Part shown: positions 59,170-64,000 of the stretch, in pieces
How positions within the stretch are numbered: position 1 is the stretch's first letter
Layout: every line of letters begins with the position of its first letter
Source of the DNA: an uncultured delta proteobacterium
Lineage (GTDB): Bacteria; Desulfobacterota; Desulfuromonadia; Desulfuromonadales; BM103
Assembly (NCBI GenBank): GCA_963715335.1
Contig: CAVQRZ010000023.1
Span: 64,001-128,000, forward strand
Direction: 5' to 3'
Length of the DNA stretch: 64,000 nucleotides
Position numbers and translations under genes: made by a program
Notes under the pieces: generated by a model
What the model was told of the DNA's origin: nothing
What the model saw: the letters and a program-made list of their open reading frames with translations, nothing else
Databases searched by the model: none

Positions 59170-59869
59170 TCAAAACCCTGACAGCGCCATCAGCAGCGGC
59201 AGGAGAAAGGTTGTCATCAGACCATTCAACCCGATCGCCAAACCAGCAGCGGCACCGGCAAGACGGTTGACCTCGAGCATTCTCGCCGTACCGATGCCGT
59301 GGGCGGACGTGCCGATCGCAAGCCCCATCGACACCGGGGAAGTCACACCGATGCGGCGGCAGAACTCCGGGCCGCAGACCGCCCCGAGACAACCGGTCAG
59401 AACGACCAGGGCGGCGGTCAGAGGCGCAATGCCACCGAGCTTGTCAACGATACTGATGGCAATCGGTGTGGTCACCGACTTCGGTGCCAGGGAGAGGATC
59501 ACCTCCCGGCTGCCACCGAGGAGCCAGGCCAGTCCGCAGGCTGAAATAATCGAGGCGAGAGAGCCGGCAAAGATGCCGGCCAGGATCAGTCGCTTGCGTT
59601 TCCAGATCTCTTCACGGCGCTGGTACAGAGGGACTGCCAGGGCAACCACGGATGGACCGAGCAGGAACAGGATCATGTCGCCGCCACGGGCATAATCACG
59701 GTATTCGATCCCGGTGCCTTTAAGCAGCAGAATGATTGCAACGATCGCCAACAGGACCGGGTTGGCCCATACGCTGTTGACGCGCCGGTAGAGGGTTTGC
59801 GCCAAGCAGGTAGACGACCAGCGTCAGGCCGATGCCGAACAGCGGAGTCTTGACCAGTTCAGCCCACAT
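59170..59869 (-). CDS. lrgB: LrgB/CidB family membrane protein (apparent frameshift near 59806)
   Basis: LGPSVVALAVPLY, PKSVTTPIA and SAHGIGTA motifs. The N-terminus MWAELVKTPLFG lies in another frame. Confidence 0.88.
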
Positions 59870-60212
59870 CATCGCTCCCCCGGTTTTCGAGTTTCTGGGC
59901 CAGCAGACCGGTGACAGCCATGACTACAAAAGTACTGATTATTGTTGCGACGGTAATCGGCAACCATTCTGCAGCGATCAGGTCACTGTAAACCATGACG
60001 CCGACGCCGGCCGGGACAAAGAACAGCGTCATGTTGGACAGCAGGATTTCCGCTGCCTCCTCGATCCATTTCACATCAACCCAGCCGACAATTAAACCAA
60101 GCAACAGCAGCCCCATCCCCATGACGTTACCTGGAATCGGTAAGCCCAGGGACCGGCTGATGATTTCACCACACAGCTGGAACAGCAGCAGGAATGTCAG
60201 ACCACGAACCAT
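59859..60212 (-). CDS. lrgA: CidA/LrgA family protein
   Basis: PIPGNVMG and LFFVPAGVG motifs. Confidence 0.92.
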   Translation of the reverse strand: MVRGLTFLLLFQLCGEIISRSLGLPIPGNVMGMGLLLLGLIVGWVDVKWIEEAAEILLSNMTLFFVPAGVGVMVYSDLIAAEWLPITVATIISTFVVMAVTGLLAQKLENRGSDDVG

Positions 60213-60270
60213 GAGGCTCCCTCATTCTGGATACTGAATACTGAATTCTGAATACCAGTCACTCGACACA

Positions 60271-61063
60271 TCAGCCTTCGTCCTGGAGGCCTTCGATAAG
60301 CGCCTTGACTTCGGCGCAGATATCCTTCGATGCCTGGCTCTTCTCATGTTTGAGAAATTCCCTGAAACAGTGCAGAGACTCCTGAATCTGCTCCTGGTCC
60401 AGGTAGATATTTCCCAGCGTCAGGTAAGCAAAGGAGAAATCCGGATCGAGGGCTATGGCCTTGCGGCAGTATTTTTCTGCCTCGGCCAGATGCATCATTC
60501 TCATAGTGGAACTCGGCCAGGTTGAAATGGCCCTGCGGATCTTCAGGTTCGAGCTCGATGGCCTTCTCAAAACAATCGCGAGCTTCATCCGCACGTCCGG
60601 TCGCGAAACAGACATCGCCAAGTGAATAGAGGGCAAAAGCCGACTCCGGGTCCTGTTCGAGAGCCTGTCGATAGCACTCCTCGGCCTTGTCCATGCGCTC
60701 CTGATGAAAGTGGATCAGGCCGAGACTGACTCGGGCGTCGATTTGACCCGGGTCACGTAACAGAACATCCTCGTAGACCCGGCATGCTTCTTCAGGACGT
60801 CCCAGTTCAAAATAAACATCGCCCAGGTCAAATTGCAGATCATATTCTCCAGGAAGTTCTCCAACGACTTTCTCAAGCACTCTGGCCGCCTCTTCAAGAT
60901 GACCCGCCTCGACCAGGGCTTCCCCCAGGAAGGCACGGGTTTCGACGTCGTCCCCCTGCTCCTGCAAAAGCCTTTTGAGGATCCGTACGGCCTCTTCCGC
61001 CGCACCTTTTTCAAGCGCCTGCTCCGCCCTGCTTATGGAAATTTGTCCTTCATTCATCTGCAT
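60271..61063 (-). pseudogene. TPR-repeat protein interrupted by a single-base frameshift (possible assembly error)
   Basis: TPR repeats in ORF 60344-61105 continue in frame 60271-60636 after about 60493. Confidence 0.7.
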
Positions 61064-62387
61064 TCTCCTCGTATTCTGTGTTAAGAACCGGCGCAAACTC
61101 TTCATTCAAGGTGTCAAGCATGTCCCACACTCCCCATGGCTCAGCCGGAATGACTTCAACCTCGACCTGCAGGTGGTCGGCAAGGTCGCGAATGGACACA
61201 TCGTCCAGGAACACATCTTCAGCTTCACGCAGCATGACATCCGGAACCAGCAGTATCTGGCCGAGTTCTGCATTGGCCAACTGCTCAAGCAGATCCTGGC
61301 CGGTCAGAAGTCCGGCCACGGTAACATCCCCGGCAAAGAAGCGATTCTCAACCGTATGCACCCGCAGGTCAGTACCGCATTTTTCGTTCAGTAAATCAGC
61401 AAACCAGCGGAGTTCCCCGGCAGCGGACACCCCGGTCACCAGGCTGACCGGCGGCAGCTTGAGCGGTTGCGCCTCTTTGATCACTGCCTCGGCCTGCATA
61501 CGAAACATCGGGACCAGGCCGACGCCATTCTCAATCTGGGACAGTTCTTCGTAGGACTCCAGGGGAGGAAAATCCTTTGCCGCCCTGAGATAGAGTTCGT
61601 CAGCGGCGAACATAAATCGTGTGCCGAGCGTTTCCAGCAACTCGGACTGTTTCTCCCCTATCCAATCTGCCAGTTCCAGAGCTTCGCCCCTGGTGTGGAT
61701 CCTCAATTCTGGAAGACGCTGCCGGTGCCCGGTCAATCCGACCGGGACAATCGCCAGAGATTTGACTCCGGGAGCAAGGCAGGACAGTTCTTTCAAGGTC
61801 TGCTCCAGGTGAACACCATCGTTAATTCCGGGACAGACAACGACCTGGGTGTGCAACTCTATGCCTCCATTGACCAGGGTCCTGATTATCGGCATGACAT
61901 CCGGTGCAGGTTTGCCAAGCAGTTTTTGCCGCAGCGTGTTATCGACGGCATGCACTGAGATGTAGAGTGGCGAGAGCTGCTTACGCAAAATCAGCTTCAG
62001 GTCATCCTCAGTCAGGTTGGTCAGGGTGATATAGGCCCCGTAAAGATAGGAAAACCGGTAGTCTTCGTCCTTGATGTACAGGGTACGCCGCATGCCCTGC
62101 GGCAGTTGGTGGACGAAACAGAAGATACAGTTGTTCCCGCACTGTTTCGGTTCCGGATGCGGCAACAAGATGCCGAGCGGCTCCTCGCTGTCGTGCTCGA
62201 TGTCGAGTTCCCAGATTTCACCATCGACGCGTTCAACTTCGATCCACAGCTTTTCGCGAGGTTCTTCGATCAGGTAATCAACCAGGTCATTGACCTGTTC
62301 GCCGTTCAAGCGAACCAGACGGTCACCGGGCTGCAACCCCAATTCATCGGCAATACTGCCGGGCTCTATGGCAAGGATTTCAAGCAT
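61050..62387 (-). CDS. PDZ + DUF512 Fe-S (radical SAM-like) protein
   Basis: N-terminal PDZ-like domain; CGNNCIFCF, KDEDYR and ENGVG motifs. Confidence 0.88.
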   Translation of the reverse strand: MLEILAIEPGSIADELGLQPGDRLVRLNGEQVNDLVDYLIEEPREKLWIEVERVDGEIWELDIEHDSEEPLGILLPHPEPKQCGNNCIFCFVHQLPQGMRRTLYIKDEDYRFSYLYGAYITLTNLTEDDLKLILRKQLSPLYISVHAVDNTLRQKLLGKPAPDVMPIIRTLVNGGIELHTQVVVCPGINDGVHLEQTLKELSCLAPGVKSLAIVPVGLTGHRQRLPELRIHTRGEALELADWIGEKQSELLETLGTRFMFAADELYLRAAKDFPPLESYEELSQIENGVGLVPMFRMQAEAVIKEAQPLKLPPVSLVTGVSAAGELRWFADLLNEKCGTDLRVHTVENRFFAGDVTVAGLLTGQDLLEQLANAELGQILLVPDVMLREAEDVFLDDVSIRDLADHLQVEVEVIPAEPWGVWDMLDTLNEEFAPVLNTEYEENADE

Positions 62388-62515
62388 AATGCAACCTGGG
62401 CAGCGATCTACCGCCTAAGACTTAAATCTTAGCCCTCAACAAAAACAAAGGCCCCAAGCCGGTATTTCCGGCAAGGGACCTTTGGCGCATACAGTTCGAC
62501 AATTCAGGGCGAAAA

Positions 62516-62749
62516 TCAGTCCCTGCCGCCATGCAGGCGGAAGCTGCCGTCGGCTGATGTAATTGACGTGATTGCATGTTTGTAAAGCAGCAGATCACCG
62601 TTACTGTCAACCAGCACGCAGAAGCTGTCAAACGATTTGACGTAGCCTTGCATTTTCTCGCCGGACATCATGGCGATGTCGACGAGGACTCTCTCTTTGC
62701 GAGCCTGGTTAAGATATTGATCCTGAATATTGAAGGGGGACTTAGCCAT
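62516..62749 (-). CDS. hfq: RNA chaperone Hfq
   Basis: NIQDQYLN, SFD and YKHAI motifs; follows miaA. Confidence 0.93.
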   Translation of the reverse strand: MAKSPFNIQDQYLNQARKERVLVDIAMMSGEKMQGYVKSFDSFCVLVDSNGDLLLYKHAITSITSADGSFRLHGGRD

Positions 62750-62765
62750 AACAACCACTCCTTTT

Positions 62766-63704
62766 CTAAATGACATGGAAATTTTCAATCAACTTCTGGA
62801 TTGTAGCAAAGTCACTAAATGATTCAAGCCAAATTATTGATTTATCTTTACGAAACCAGGTTATCTGTTGTTTTGCGTAACGCCGTGTCGAGCGTTTCAG
62901 GTCTTCTACAGCTTCTTCATGAGACATTTCGCCGCGCAGCAACGCAAAGGCCTGCCGATAACCGATGGTTTTGAAGATTTTCAGACCAGGATCATATCCG
63001 CTCTGCAGAATCTGCTCAGCCTCTCCAAGCAGGCCCTGCTGGAACATCGCCTCGGACCGCCGGTCGATCCGTTCATAAAGGGCTTTCCGCTCACAGGCCA
63101 GGCCAATCTTCAGGACACGGTAACGCTCGGTCTTGAATCCGTGCTCATCCTGCAACTCGGAGAGGGGGCGGCCGGACTGGCGAAAAACTTCCAGGGCACG
63201 AACGATTCTGATCAGGTCGTTGGGATGCAAACGGGCCGCTGATTCCGGGTCAATCTCTGCGAGCTCTGCATGCAGGGGCGCACTGCCCTCCCGTTTTGCC
63301 CGGTCATGTAAATGCTTGCGCAGGTCCGGATTGGCGCCCGGGGCATCGAGCAGACCTTCCGTCAATGCCTTGATATAGAGACCGGTTCCGCCAACCAGAA
63401 AAGGCCGTTTGTTGCGCTGGCAGATGTCCTGCATGGCTGCCTCGGCAAGGGTGATAAACCGCGCGGCATGGAACTCCTCGTTGGGCCAAACCACGTCAAT
63501 CAGGTGATGCCGAACCCGCAGCTTTTCCTCTGGCGTCGGCTTGGCTGTGCCGATATCCAACAGGCGATAAACCTGGCGGGAGTCCGCGGAGATGATCTCA
63601 CCACCGAAGACCTCGGCAAGCGCCAGGGCCAGCTCCGTCTTGCCAGCTGCAGTCGGGCCGCAGATGACCGTCAGAGGGGAACGCATGTCTGTCGTATCCG
63701 GCAC
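62766..63704 (-). CDS. miaA: tRNA dimethylallyltransferase
   Basis: GPTAAGKT, DSRQVY, GGTGLY and YAKQQ motifs. Confidence 0.97.
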   Translation of the reverse strand: MPDTTDMRSPLTVICGPTAAGKTELALALAEVFGGEIISADSRQVYRLLDIGTAKPTPEEKLRVRHHLIDVVWPNEEFHAARFITLAEAAMQDICQRNKRPFLVGGTGLYIKALTEGLLDAPGANPDLRKHLHDRAKREGSAPLHAELAEIDPESAARLHPNDLIRIVRALEVFRQSGRPLSELQDEHGFKTERYRVLKIGLACERKALYERIDRRSEAMFQQGLLGEAEQILQSGYDPGLKIFKTIGYRQAFALLRGEMSHEEAVEDLKRSTRRYAKQQITWFRKDKSIIWLESFSDFATIQKLIENFHVI

Positions 63705-63706
63705 AG

Positions 63707-64000
63707 TCAGCCCCTGTGAAAAAACTTCTCAACTTCACGTTTCGACAGACGGTGCGTAACGGGTCGACCATGAGGACAACAACTGCCAAAATCTATTTCG
63801 GCAAGATCTTTCAACAGCTGCTGCATCTCACTTGACGAGAGAGCCTGGTTGGCTCGCACCATACTGTGACAGGCCAGAACGGAGAGAACCCGTTCGATCT
63901 CGTCATCGAGTTTTCCGGCCCGCCCAATCACGTTGAGTTCTGCAGCAAGGTCGCGGACCAGTCGTTCGGCATCGACATCGGCGGCCAATGCCGGGACAGC
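63707..64000 (-). CDS. mutL: DNA mismatch repair protein MutL, C-terminal part
   Basis: ACH and CPHGRP motifs of the endonuclease domain; lies upstream of miaA. Confidence 0.92.
   Translation of the reverse strand, partial: AVPALAADVDAERLVRDLAAELNVIGRAGKLDDEIERVLSVLACHSMVRANQALSSSEMQQLLKDLAEIDFGSCCPHGRPVTHRLSKREVEKFFHRG

Overview
The window looks like a Desulfuromonadales-type (deltaproteobacterial) chromosome, inferred from gene content and repeat style. Most of it is housekeeping: fxsA, htpG, an RSH hydrolase, tlyA, rbgA, hcp, mutM, ugd/galE, rnc-era, tmk-holB-yaaT-metG-tatD, cysE-iscR-iscS-iscU-mnmA-mtaB, ilvA, fumarase and mutL-miaA-hfq. The main accessory locus (about 52.5-59.1 kb) is a SynChlorMet-type RiPP cassette. 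It holds two PqqD/RRE proteins, two radical SAM/SPASM enzymes, an HPr-kinase-like protein, an S26-like peptidase and an ABC exporter. It also contains a probable 68-aa precursor with four CxxG repeats and its own TTGGCA-17-TATAAT promoter. Other points of note: an OsmC-family selenoprotein split at an in-frame UGA followed by a SECIS-like hairpin; a nested MITE/REP-like repeat family (3 loci) inserted at gene 3' ends, two of them at terminators; inverted heptamer arrays that extend into coding ends; an RSH with a degenerate synthetase domain; a 61-aa stub where the nuclease partner of a YhaN-like ATPase is expected; a palindromic DnaA-box cluster; and several single-base frameshifts that may be assembly errors. 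All family assignments come from motif recognition by eye; no searches were run.
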